A stretch of DNA of 64,000 bases from a virus. Lineage: Duplodnaviria > Caudoviricetes. Location: the IMG/VR virus record IMGVR_UViG_2914811602_000003, positions 4,528-68,527 of that record; one strand, written 5' to 3'. The notes under the pieces are model-generated. The model made no database searches. It had not been told where the DNA came from and worked only from the letters and a program-made list of their open reading frames with translations. Below, in pieces: positions 42,517 to 51,987 of the stretch. Numbering within the stretch: position 1 is the first letter of the stretch; each line of letters starts with the position of its first letter. The position numbers and the translations under genes are program-made.

Positions 42517-42798
42517 ATGCGGGTGGGCACTATCACGCAGCAACCGGCCGAGCGTAAGTGGTACTCGATCGACTACAGCGAAGCCTTAGACCCTGGGGAT
42601 CGCCTCAGCGCGGTGGACTCTGTGGCCGTTGAACCCGAGGGGCTTTCCGCGGTGGCGACCCTCCCCGAGGACGATCGCGTGCGCTTGTTCATCTCCGAAG
42701 GGCAAGACGGGGTGGTTTACAAAGTGACCGTTCAGACTCGAACCGTAGCCAACGAGCTCTGGGAGGATGAATTGGTCGTTCGCGTTAAGGAGGTCTGA
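42517..42798 (+). CDS. Fibre-tail adaptor-like protein
   Basis: QQPAERKWYSIDYS...V..FIS.GQDG..YKVTV......EDE. Confidence 0.6.
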   Translation: MRVGTITQQPAERKWYSIDYSEALDPGDRLSAVDSVAVEPEGLSAVATLPEDDRVRLFISEGQDGVVYKVTVQTRTVANELWEDELVVRVKEV

Positions 42799-42799
42799 G

Positions 42800-44662
42800 G
42801 TGACACAGCGGTTCTCGAATAACGCGGCGACGACGTTGGCCCAAGCACTGAGCGCGGGGGGCACGTCCCTGGTTGTGGCGTCCGGCGCGGCGTTCCCAGT
42901 GCTGGGAGCGGGGGAATATTTCCTGGTCACGTTGATCGAGCGTGATGAAAACGGCAACGAGACGGCCTGGGAGATTGTGAAGGTCGTCGAGGTGATGACG
43001 GGGAACGTCTGGCTCATCGAGCGGGCGCAGGAGGGCACCCCGGCGCGCTCATGGGGCGTGGCTACACGGGTTGAGCTGCGTGCAACGGCGGGGTCGTTGG
43101 AGGCGTTCCTCCAACCCACCGACATCGGTACGACGGTGTGCGCGCAGACGGACCCGCGTTTGTCGGATGCCCGCACACCGACATCCCATATCCACGGCAA
43201 TCTGACCAACGACGGCAAGGTCGGCGCGGTGTCGGGCAAGCCGCTGATTACGGGCACGGGTGGGACTGTGCAGGCCGGGTCGTTCGGTACGACGTCAGGC
43301 ACCTTCTGTCAGGGCGACGACAGCCGTTTGTCGAACGCGCGCACGCCCACGGCGCATAAGTCCACCCACGCCACGGGCGGCTCGGACGCCTTGACGCCTG
43401 CCGACATTGGCGCAGCGACGGCGGCGCAGGGGGCGAAGGCCGACACGGCGCTCCAGCCTTCAGCGATTGGTACGACGGTCCAGGCGTTCACTCAAGGCGC
43501 GTCGCTCACGGAGATGGAACTGGGGGTCGAGGGCGGCGCGCGGACGATGTCGCCTTATTTTGTGTCCAAGGCGATTCGCGCCCAGACACACCCGATTCTG
43601 CACACGCTACAACGCGCGGAAATGAGCGCAACATGGGGTGGTGCGGAGGCCGTCCGAACAACGCTGGGTGGGTCACTGACCGGTACATCGAAGTGGATGG
43701 GGGGAGTGCTGGCCCCTGGCGGAAACATCATGGCTATCCCGTTCGACTCCACGGATGTTTTGATCATCAGCCCGACCAACCATACGGCCACGCGGACAAA
43801 TCTAGGGGCGAGCCTCACCGGAAGCGGAAAATGGTACGGAGGGGTTCTCAGTGGGAACGGGACAATTTATGGCATCCCCCACAATGCGTCAGACATCCTG
43901 GTCATCACACCACATACGGGCGTGGCGACACGATGGAATCCGTCACTGAGTAATATGACCGCCACCTCCAAATGGCGTGGCGGCGTTGCAAGTCCGACGG
44001 GGCTCCTTTGTGGTGTTCCATTCGATGCGCAAGACATCTTAATGATCAACCCGTTTACGGGGACCGCCTCGCGATCGAATATGGGGGCGGCTATGTCAGG
44101 ATCGAACAAATGGATTGGCGGTGTGCTGGCCCCGAATGGGTGGATTTTCTGTATTCCCTTCAACGCGACGAGCGTTTTGGCGATCAATGCCGAGGCGTCG
44201 TCTGCGGTGCTCACGGATTTCGGTATCTCTCTATCGGGAACAAATAAGTGGGCAGGCGGTGTTCTCGGCCCAGATGGGAAGATTTACTGCATCCCCTACT
44301 CAGCGACGGACATTCTTGTTATCGATCCACTAACGTGGTCGGCTACGCGCTTGGCAATGGGGGCGAGCCTGTCGGGTTCGGCCAAGTGGGTGGGTGGAGT
44401 CTTAGGACCGAACGGGCGTATTTATGGGATTCCTTTTACGGCAACCGATGTGCTGTTGATCAACCCGGCGAATGGTACGGCGGGGCGGGGGGCATTCGGG
44501 ATGTCGGGTACAGGATCGAGTAAATGGTGCGGCGGGGTGCTCAGCTACCATAATCGGTTCTACGGTATTCCCCTCGATTCAACGGACATCTTTCAGGTGG
44601 ACATGCGTTGCGCCCCATTAGAGGCCCAAACGTGTTTATCCCCCTACTTGAATAAGATGTGA
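42800..44662 (+). CDS. Tail fibre / receptor-binding protein with 7 C-terminal beta-propeller repeats
   Basis: GTG start; FSNNAATTL...RAQEGT N-terminus; seven repeats of about 46 aa, KW.GGVL.P.G.IY.IP..ATD.L.I.P. Confidence 0.8.
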   Translation: MTQRFSNNAATTLAQALSAGGTSLVVASGAAFPVLGAGEYFLVTLIERDENGNETAWEIVKVVEVMTGNVWLIERAQEGTPARSWGVATRVELRATAGSLEAFLQPTDIGTTVCAQTDPRLSDARTPTSHIHGNLTNDGKVGAVSGKPLITGTGGTVQAGSFGTTSGTFCQGDDSRLSNARTPTAHKSTHATGGSDALTPADIGAATAAQGAKADTALQPSAIGTTVQAFTQGASLTEMELGVEGGARTMSPYFVSKAIRAQTHPILHTLQRAEMSATWGGAEAVRTTLGGSLTGTSKWMGGVLAPGGNIMAIPFDSTDVLIISPTNHTATRTNLGASLTGSGKWYGGVLSGNGTIYGIPHNASDILVITPHTGVATRWNPSLSNMTATSKWRGGVASPTGLLCGVPFDAQDILMINPFTGTASRSNMGAAMSGSNKWIGGVLAPNGWIFCIPFNATSVLAINAEASSAVLTDFGISLSGTNKWAGGVLGPDGKIYCIPYSATDILVIDPLTWSATRLAMGASLSGSAKWVGGVLGPNGRIYGIPFTATDVLLINPANGTAGRGAFGMSGTGSSKWCGGVLSYHNRFYGIPLDSTDIFQVDMRCAPLEAQTCLSPYLNKM

Positions 44663-44668
44663 GGCGAT

Positions 44669-45106
44669 ATGTTGTTCTACTGCTACTCGCGTAGTGACGG
44701 TTCTTTCCAAGGCAGCGGGGTCACTGAGATCCAGAACGCCGAGGTCGGCTCAACAACCATGATGTATGACGGCGATGCCGATACGCCACGGTACTTCGAT
44801 GGCGATCGGTGGGGCGATACGCCGACGCCGCACGGGCCTCCAGCCGCTGTGCTTCCCCCACTTCCCGTGCCCGACAAAGTGAGCCGGTTCCAGGCGCGTG
44901 CCGCGCTGCACATGCATGGGTTGCTTGCATCTGTGGAAGCCTTGATGGCTGATCCTGAGACAGATCCAATCGCGCGAATCGCCTGGCAGGATGCGCAGGA
45001 GTTTCGGCGCCATTCACCGACGGTCGAGGCTATTTCAACCTTGCTCGAACTGACAGCGGAGCAGATCGATACGCTGTTTGTTACGGCAGGGTACATCGAG
45101 GCGTAA
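44669..45106 (+). CDS. Tail fibre-associated chaperone-like protein
   Basis: VSRFQARAAL...AWQDAQEFRR.SP.V......L.LT.EQID.LF follows the tail fibre. Confidence 0.6.
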   Translation: MLFYCYSRSDGSFQGSGVTEIQNAEVGSTTMMYDGDADTPRYFDGDRWGDTPTPHGPPAAVLPPLPVPDKVSRFQARAALHMHGLLASVEALMADPETDPIARIAWQDAQEFRRHSPTVEAISTLLELTAEQIDTLFVTAGYIEA

Positions 45107-45174
45107 GTCATTCTGCTCAGCCCCAGTCTACTGCCCAGTAAAATGGGCCTCATTCCTCTGCCTGGGGCGATTTG

Positions 45175-45336
45175 ATGAGCGAGCGAACGAATACCGAGCT
45201 ACAAGATCAGGAGCGTACCCCGTGTGAAATCTGGAGTCGGGTCATGGGCTATCATCGACCGATTTCAGCGTACAACAAAGGCAAGCTCCAAGAGCACAAA
45301 GACCGTTGCTTCTTCAAAGAGGAGCGCGCGCGATGA
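45175..45336 (+). CDS. Stand-alone NrdD C-terminal glycyl-radical peptide (53 aa, not in track)
   Basis: ERTPCEIWSRVMGYHRPISAYNKGKLQEHKDRCFF matches the class III RNR C-terminal RV.GY motif. Confidence 0.85.
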   Translation: MSERTNTELQDQERTPCEIWSRVMGYHRPISAYNKGKLQEHKDRCFFKEERAR

Positions 45337-45527
45337 ATGTTTTGCTTTCCCAACTTGTCGGGACGCTGATCACCCAACTGGCTCCGAATGTAGCACGGGC
45401 GGCCGTCAAGGCGATTCTTGATGTCGTTGAGCAGGCCATCTTGGATAGCCAGACCAAGACGGATGATGCGATTTTGCTGCCCATCATCCGCGCGATTCGG
45501 GAGACCTACGAGTTGGAGCGTGATTGA
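45333..45527 (+). CDS. Small hydrophobic protein (possible holin/antiholin)
   Basis: ATGA overlap with previous stop; amphipathic helices; lysis-region position. Confidence 0.45.
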   Translation: MNVLLSQLVGTLITQLAPNVARAAVKAILDVVEQAILDSQTKTDDAILLPIIRAIRETYELERD

Positions 45528-45889
45528 TGGACGAGCTTACCTCCAATGTGCCTATCCCCCCGGTGCATTGCGGTACGGACGTCTACTATCGGATCGGGAC
45601 TCAGGTTCATGACCATGAGGCCCGTATCCGGCTCCTAGAGCGTGACACCGTGATGCTGCTAGAGAGTACCAAGCGCTTGACGGATTCCGTGGGAAACCTT
45701 CGGGAGGCTCAAGAGAAGGCCCAGCTACGAACCGAGGAGAAGCTCGACGGTATTGATGCCCGTCTTTCAGCGCACGTTATCGCCGAAACAGGGAGCGTCC
45801 GGCGATTGTTCTCGTCTTCCATTCTCCAATTTTTGGTGGTCGTTTCAGGGCTGTTGTACCTGATTTTTGAAACACGGTTGGCGGGATGA
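45524..45889 (+). CDS. Coiled-coil protein with C-terminal TM (holin-like)
   Basis: HEARIRLLE coiled coil; terminal ILQFLVVVSGLLYLIF; directly before the endolysin. Confidence 0.5.
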   Translation: MMDELTSNVPIPPVHCGTDVYYRIGTQVHDHEARIRLLERDTVMLLESTKRLTDSVGNLREAQEKAQLRTEEKLDGIDARLSAHVIAETGSVRRLFSSSILQFLVVVSGLLYLIFETRLAG

Positions 45890-46236
45890 AGATGGGCGAC
45901 CTTTCTGCGCATTTCTCAAAGCACGAATTTCGTTCCCGTGATGGGGCTGAGCACCCGATTGATCCACGACTGATTGAGATGTTGGAGCGCGTACGCGCGC
46001 ATTTCAACAGCGCTGTAATCATCACGAGCGGCTACCGTTCGCCGGAGTACAACCGCAAAGTAGGCGGGGCGCGCAACAGCTATCACACCAAGGGCATGGC
46101 GGCGGACATTCAGGTTCGGGGGGTTCATCCCAGGGAAGTGTACGCTTTCTGCGATCGTGAGTTTGCCAATGGGGGCGTGGGTCAATACAAGACGTTTACA
46201 CACGTTGACTGCCGCGGCCACAAGGCGCGCTGGTAA
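45886..46236 (+). CDS. Peptidase M15A endolysin
   Basis: HFSKHEFRSRDG, ITSGYRSPEYN..VGG..NSYH..GMAADI, FTHVD.R. Confidence 0.9.
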   Translation: MKMGDLSAHFSKHEFRSRDGAEHPIDPRLIEMLERVRAHFNSAVIITSGYRSPEYNRKVGGARNSYHTKGMAADIQVRGVHPREVYAFCDREFANGGVGQYKTFTHVDCRGHKARW

Positions 46237-46239
46237 TCC

Positions 46240-48786
46240 ATGAAGCTCTCGACCCCGCGCTTCAAAGGCGTTGCGCCCAAGATCCCGCCTCGGTTCCTGC
46301 CCGAGGATATGGCGCAGGTCGCCGAGGACGTCGAAGCGGCGGGGACGTCGCTTAAGCCGTTGCGAGCGCTCGGGCCTGCGGTTGCTTCGGCCATCGCGGG
46401 AGCGAAGACACTCTATCGATTCCGCCAGAATGACCTGAGTGCCGCGCCCCAGTGGTTCGCCTGGGAGCATGAGGTCGATGTGGTGCGCTCGCAGATTGCG
46501 GGCGACGAGCATGAGTGGACGTTCTACACCGGGGACGGGGCGCCCAAGGCGACCAACAAGAACCTGGCCCCGAACTCCGGTGGCCCGCCCGCGCAGTCGA
46601 TCCCGCTCGGGGTCCAGCCGCCGAGCCAGGCACCGGGAGCGACCGAGCAGGAGTACGCCTACGAGACCGAACCGGCGACGTTGACGATCACTTTGGGGGA
46701 GATCAGCTCATTTACGAACCGTTTTGGTCTCAAAGTCAGCCTGGACGGCGGGCAGACGTTCACCCATGACGTAGCCCTCACGGGCGAGATCACCGCGTCT
46801 TCGGTGGCCGATGCGTTGAACGGGGTGGCGGGTCTGACGGCGGAAGTCGTCGGCGGCAACGTGGTGGTCAAGACCTCGGAGGCCGGACGGGATGTGTCGA
46901 TCCACATCAAGTACGCCGAGGACGACTATACACGCAAGTCCGGGCAGGGGCAGGATGCCTGGCCCCCACGTTTGCGGATCTATCAGGCGCACGTCAGCAC
47001 AATCGCCGGGTGGGTCGCCGACAAGGGAGGACGGGTGTTCCTGCACATCCACCGCAACGACCCTGTACCTGAAGTCGTGCATCACTTTCCGCGCGGGGCG
47101 TTCAACGCGCAGATCCTCGTCGACATGCTCAATGCGACCGGATTCCTGGTGGCGGGGATGGATGGGAGCGACGTGTATGTCGAGACGTTCCACCCGCACA
47201 TCGGGGAGGGGGCGCATCTGGGGCTGGCCTTCTGGCAGGAGAACCGAAACCACAATCTCACCTTCGACGCGCACGGTAATGACCCGCACTACGCTGAAGT
47301 CACGCTGAACAGCACGGATCTGTCGTTGCTCAATAGCGAGGACGACATCCAGTATTCGTTGGATGAGGGCGCGACCTACACCACGATCCAGGTCAGCAGC
47401 ACGACGCCTGCGGCGGTGGCGGCGGTGTTCAACGACGAACCGCATCTGGTCGCGGTCACCAATGGCACCAGCGTGGTCATCAAGACCGCGGCTATTGGGT
47501 ACATGGCGCCTCCTCCAGGGCACCCGCATAGCCGAGTCACGCTGGATGTGCGGTACAAGACCACCACCGCCAATGTTCTGCTGGCGACTGGCCGGACCTT
47601 GGACGTGCTTTCCAAGGAGACACGGGTCTACGCCTACACCTGGGTGTCCAAAGTCGACGATTGGGAGCGGGAATCGGCCCCTTCGCCGCCGAGTGAGTCG
47701 GTTGACGTCTATCCGAAGCAAGCCGTATCGGTCAGCCTTCCGTCCGGCCCGTCCGAGGCGCAGGTGACGCACTGGCGCCTGTACCGGTCGGTCAACGGCG
47801 CCTACTTGTTCGTTGGGGAGGAGAGCGTCAGTACGACGAGTCTCGTGGATGGCGTCACAGCGGACGGGTTGGGTGAGGAGATGCCGTCGATGACTTGGAC
47901 GCCGCCCCCGGACGATCTTCAGGGGCTGATCAACCTCCCTAACGGCATGATGGCGGGGTTCACCGGGCGCGACCTGCATTTCTGCGAGCCTTACCATCCG
48001 CACGCCTGGCCTGAGAACTACCAGCAGACCATCGACTACCCAGTGGTGGGCCTTGGTCGCATGGATACGACGCTCGCGGTCCTGACCACGGGCGTCCCGT
48101 ACATCATCCAGGGCAGTCACCCGGATGTGCTGGTGGCGGTCAAGTCGGACCTGGAGCAGGCGTGTGTCTCCAAGCGCTCAATCGTCTCCATGAACGGGTC
48201 GGTGTTCTACGCCAGCCCGGACGGACTCATGCGCCTGTCGCCGAGCGGTTCGGAGCTGGTGACGGGGGCGCTCCTGACGCGCGAGCAGTGGCGGGCGCTG
48301 AATCCCGAGGCGCTGCACGCCTACAGCCATGATGGGAAGTACATCGCACTGTACGGAGATCGTCCTGGCGGCTTTGTGTTCGACACCCGTGAGGGGCAGC
48401 TCTATTTCCATCGGCGAGACGGTGTGTCGGCGGCGTATGCCGACCTTCAGGCCGACCGCTTATACACCGTGGCGGGCGCGGCTATTCGTGCTTGGGGCGA
48501 GGGCGATCCGGTGACGGGCGTGTGGCGGTCCAAGTTGTTCACCTTCCCGCAGATCACCGGATTCTCCTGCGCCCAGGTCGAAGCGGAAGGACCGCCCCCG
48601 GACCCGCCGATCATCTGCACGGTCTTCGCCGGAGGGCAAACGATTCTGGAGCACGCTGTTACCGGTCGTGATCCGTTCCGCCTTCCGGCTGTGCAGGCGC
48701 GGGCGTGGCAGTTCGAGCTGACGGTCCCGGTGGAGATTTTCAACGTCGCGATTGCGCAGGCGATGTCGGAGATTGCCAGTGTCTAA
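46240..48786 (+). CDS. Tail tubular / DNA stabilisation protein (P22 gp10-like) with internal insertion
   Basis: F.G.AP...PR.LP...AQ.A; YAYTWV..ESAPS; W..PP..LQGL..LPNG.MAGF; FCEPY.PHAWP..Y; WRSK.F. Confidence 0.72.
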   Translation: MKLSTPRFKGVAPKIPPRFLPEDMAQVAEDVEAAGTSLKPLRALGPAVASAIAGAKTLYRFRQNDLSAAPQWFAWEHEVDVVRSQIAGDEHEWTFYTGDGAPKATNKNLAPNSGGPPAQSIPLGVQPPSQAPGATEQEYAYETEPATLTITLGEISSFTNRFGLKVSLDGGQTFTHDVALTGEITASSVADALNGVAGLTAEVVGGNVVVKTSEAGRDVSIHIKYAEDDYTRKSGQGQDAWPPRLRIYQAHVSTIAGWVADKGGRVFLHIHRNDPVPEVVHHFPRGAFNAQILVDMLNATGFLVAGMDGSDVYVETFHPHIGEGAHLGLAFWQENRNHNLTFDAHGNDPHYAEVTLNSTDLSLLNSEDDIQYSLDEGATYTTIQVSSTTPAAVAAVFNDEPHLVAVTNGTSVVIKTAAIGYMAPPPGHPHSRVTLDVRYKTTTANVLLATGRTLDVLSKETRVYAYTWVSKVDDWERESAPSPPSESVDVYPKQAVSVSLPSGPSEAQVTHWRLYRSVNGAYLFVGEESVSTTSLVDGVTADGLGEEMPSMTWTPPPDDLQGLINLPNGMMAGFTGRDLHFCEPYHPHAWPENYQQTIDYPVVGLGRMDTTLAVLTTGVPYIIQGSHPDVLVAVKSDLEQACVSKRSIVSMNGSVFYASPDGLMRLSPSGSELVTGALLTREQWRALNPEALHAYSHDGKYIALYGDRPGGFVFDTREGQLYFHRRDGVSAAYADLQADRLYTVAGAAIRAWGEGDPVTGVWRSKLFTFPQITGFSCAQVEAEGPPPDPPIICTVFAGGQTILEHAVTGRDPFRLPAVQARAWQFELTVPVEIFNVAIAQAMSEIASV

Positions 48787-50890
48787 GTCCAGTCTGCCTA
48801 CCGTCACCAGCGATATTCCCCGTGATCTGCGTCTGTTCGTCGATCGGGTTCGCGAGGCGTTCGATGGGGGCTTTGCCACCAGGAGCGACGTGGCCCGCAT
48901 CGTCGGGCGGGCGTTCGGAAAAGACCCGGATGAAGGGGACGAGGGCTGGCTTGATGTCGACATCGACAAGCTCATCGATCTGCTGGAAGAGCGGATCGCC
49001 GACAGTGAGATTGTCCGGTATCTCAACGAACGCATCGATCTGATCCAGCTCCCGGAGACGCGAATCAGAGCGATGACGGCGGCGCTGGAGGAGCGCTTCT
49101 CGCTTCTCAATGCGGAGGTGAACGCCACGATTCGCGAGCTGGTCGACGGCGGGACCGATATCACGATCGGCGGGCAGGGTGGTTACACCTCGCTTCGAGC
49201 GCTGAAGGTGGCAGGGGATCTCAACTCGGCGGCGATCATGCAGCTCAACACGGTGACCGAGGACTCCGGGTCGGTCACGGCGCGCACACTGTACGGGATC
49301 GAGGCGGCGATCTACGATGAGGAGACCGGGCTGGCCGAATCCCACGCGCGCATTACGCGCGAGGAGACCGCACGAGCGGAAGAGGATGCGGCCCTGGCCA
49401 CCCAGATCCAGGAGATCGGCGCCACGGTCGAGACCGAGACAGGTCGGATCGAAGGGCTGATCATGGATGAGCGTGAGGCGCGGGTCGATGAGATCGGAGC
49501 GGTAGTCACGGACCTCACGGCGCTCACCGGGCGGGTGGGGACCAATGAGGGGTCAATCGCCGACCTGAACGACATCTCCGTCACCTCCGGATCAGTGAAC
49601 GCCCGTCAGACCGCGCAGCTCACGGCCACAATCAATGACCCGGATACCGGATTGGCGAAGGCGCACGCCGAGATCACCAGCGTGCGCGAGGCGTATGTGT
49701 CGGCTGATCAGGCGCTGACCAACCAGATCACGGGGCTGACCGCCACCCTGGAAGACCAGGAGGCGATGGTCCGGCAGCTCGATCAGGCGATGGTGGGTTA
49801 CTGCACGCTGGCAGGCCACACCACGCGCGAGGTTTGTGAAGCCGCAGGCGGCACCTGGCTTGTCCGACCGCTGGCTGAGGCTGTGCGCCAGGTCTCGGTG
49901 TCGAGCGGCGGGAACACGCTCTCGATCGAGCAACTCATGCGCGCTTCGGTGGGAGCCGATGGGACGACGACCGGGCTGATCGGCCTGAAGATCGACCACA
50001 GCGGATACATCTCCGGGTTTGGGCTGTCGTCGCAGATCATCAACGGTCAGGCCGTCAGCCATTTCGTCGTCAACGCGGATATGTTCGCTATCGGCAGCCC
50101 CTCGCGCGGCGGCACGCATACGGCGCAGTACCCGTTCATCGTATCGACGTCGACGTCGATCATCAATGGGGAAACCGTGCCTGCGGGCGTCTACATGCGC
50201 GAGGCGTTTATCCGCAACGGCTCGATCACCTCAGCGAAGATCGGGGATGCGGCGATTACCTCAGCGAAGATCCAGAGCCTATGGGCGGGCAAGATCACGT
50301 CGGGGAGCATCGCGGTCGACACGGAGCTGCGCTCGACGAACTACCAATCCGGGGTGCAGGGTTGGATGCTCCGGGGCGATGGCCAGGTCGAGTTCAACCT
50401 GGCAGGCAATCAGTTCAAGATCCGCGACATCGTCAATGGGCAGGCGGTCACACCGTTTCGGGTGCAAGGTGGGGTCGTTTACATCGATCAGTTGAAGGTC
50501 GGCAGCGCCAATCTGCTGTCGAACGCCGTCACGAACGTCGCGGGGGCGTCGGCGAATGGGTGGATGCCTTCGCTTTCACTCCCGTTGTCGGAGCCGGGGA
50601 CGCAGGTCTTGGTCATCGCCACGGCGAACGTCTTCAACTACAGCCCCGTGATGACGGAAGCGCACATGAATCTCAGCGTGGGTTCGATGACCGGGTACCA
50701 TGAGGTTGGCGCCTCGTTTGATGTAGGTACCGCCGTCACGCTGACGGCGGCGGGCATCTTCTCGCCGTCGGTCAGTTCCCCCTGGAACGCCGCCGTCGGG
50801 GCGTTCATTTGGGGGCGCACGGGCGGCGGGCTTGATCCTGGCGTAACGCTGGGCGCGGCCTCGATTACAGCGATTGCGTTCAAGCGATGA
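48779..50890 (+). CDS. Tail tip/fibre protein with DUF1983 (TipJ C-terminal-like) domain
   Basis: Long coiled coil followed by KID.SGYISGFGL, FVVNADMFAI, PFIV, GVYMREAFIRNGSITSAKI; likely GTG start at 48779. Confidence 0.72.
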   Translation: MSKSSLPTVTSDIPRDLRLFVDRVREAFDGGFATRSDVARIVGRAFGKDPDEGDEGWLDVDIDKLIDLLEERIADSEIVRYLNERIDLIQLPETRIRAMTAALEERFSLLNAEVNATIRELVDGGTDITIGGQGGYTSLRALKVAGDLNSAAIMQLNTVTEDSGSVTARTLYGIEAAIYDEETGLAESHARITREETARAEEDAALATQIQEIGATVETETGRIEGLIMDEREARVDEIGAVVTDLTALTGRVGTNEGSIADLNDISVTSGSVNARQTAQLTATINDPDTGLAKAHAEITSVREAYVSADQALTNQITGLTATLEDQEAMVRQLDQAMVGYCTLAGHTTREVCEAAGGTWLVRPLAEAVRQVSVSSGGNTLSIEQLMRASVGADGTTTGLIGLKIDHSGYISGFGLSSQIINGQAVSHFVVNADMFAIGSPSRGGTHTAQYPFIVSTSTSIINGETVPAGVYMREAFIRNGSITSAKIGDAAITSAKIQSLWAGKITSGSIAVDTELRSTNYQSGVQGWMLRGDGQVEFNLAGNQFKIRDIVNGQAVTPFRVQGGVVYIDQLKVGSANLLSNAVTNVAGASANGWMPSLSLPLSEPGTQVLVIATANVFNYSPVMTEAHMNLSVGSMTGYHEVGASFDVGTAVTLTAAGIFSPSVSSPWNAAVGAFIWGRTGGGLDPGVTLGAASITAIAFKR

Positions 50891-51309
50891 GTACCTTGTT
50901 CACGGTGTACGAAACTCTGACCGGGCGAGTCGTGATGTCCGGCGAGACGGATGGCGCGCTCCCCACCACGGGGGAGGGGCAAACCTTGGTGGCTGGCGTG
51001 CGCGCCGATCCGGTGACTGATCGGGTTGTTGTGCGCGAGGGCGTGTTGCAGGTCGAAACCCTTCCACCGCGCCCGTCCATGCACCATGAGTTCGACTTCC
51101 AGGCGGACACCTGGAAGATCCCTTCAGAGCGGGCGACATTCCTTGCTCGCCTTGAGCGAGATCGTCGACTCAAAGCGTCTGATTGGACTCAACTCTCGGA
51201 CGCTCCGGGCGTGGCCAGAAACGAGTGGCAGCGTTACCGGCAGGCACTGCGCGACGTCCCGGCCCAGCCTGGTTTTCCTGAGCATATCGAGTGGCCGACG
51301 CCGCCGTGA
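50887..51309 (+). CDS. Tail fibre assembly chaperone
   Basis: RDRRLKASDWTQLSDAP....W..YRQALRDVP.QPGFP..IEWP..P. Confidence 0.85.
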   Translation: MSTLFTVYETLTGRVVMSGETDGALPTTGEGQTLVAGVRADPVTDRVVVREGVLQVETLPPRPSMHHEFDFQADTWKIPSERATFLARLERDRRLKASDWTQLSDAPGVARNEWQRYRQALRDVPAQPGFPEHIEWPTPP

Positions 51310-51360
51310 CGACTCCGGCTGATAGCGCACAGACCCAAAATCAGACCTTTAGAATCGGGG

Positions 51361-51987
51361 ATGATTTTCAACGCGCTGTTGCGGAGTCGGCTTCCTGCTA
51401 TGACCCCCCTTCATCAGATTCTCGCCCGTAACGCGGGCAGCGTTCTGACCCCCGAACTGATCGTCGGGATCGTTCACGGCTACGAGACGGCGATCTCCGA
51501 CACGGTGTATTCCACGCTCGTAACGCATGAGCCGGTCCCTCCGGCTGTCGACGACCCACGCCTTGAGATCGACCGCCACGTCGTTGGTCCGTGGGTGGCG
51601 CAGCGTGTGGGCCTGTTGTCGGGCGATTGGGGGTCATTCGCCGCACTTGGGTTGCGCGAGAGCCCCGGTGGCCCTCTGGTGGCTGGGTGCATCCTCAACA
51701 ACATCACCGATACCAACGCCAACGCGCATGTAGCCTTCGAGGGCCGGTACGCGCTTAAGCGTTGTTTGCTGTACGGGTTCTTCGATTACGCCTTCAACCA
51801 GCTCGGCCTGGAGCGGGTGACCGCTCTGGTCGACGCTGACAACGCGGATGCCTTGCGCTTCGATCAGCACCTGGGGTTCGCCCCTGAGTTCGTGATCCCG
51901 AAGGGCAACGGCGTGGACGTCGTCATGTTGGTGATGTGGAAAGACACCTGTCGGTGGATCAAGCCTCGGGAGCAATGCAATGGGTAA
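51361..51987 (+). CDS. GNAT-family acetyltransferase-like protein
   Basis: FDYAFNQLGLERVTALVDADNADALRF.QHLGF..E; usual position before ejection proteins; alternative start at 51400. Confidence 0.75.
   Translation: MIFNALLRSRLPAMTPLHQILARNAGSVLTPELIVGIVHGYETAISDTVYSTLVTHEPVPPAVDDPRLEIDRHVVGPWVAQRVGLLSGDWGSFAALGLRESPGGPLVAGCILNNITDTNANAHVAFEGRYALKRCLLYGFFDYAFNQLGLERVTALVDADNADALRFDQHLGFAPEFVIPKGNGVDVVMLVMWKDTCRWIKPREQCNG

Noticed and set aside
42800-44662. Diversity-generating retroelement acting on the tail fibre
   Set aside because: No reverse transcriptase and no template/variable repeat pair differing only at adenines was seen in the window.
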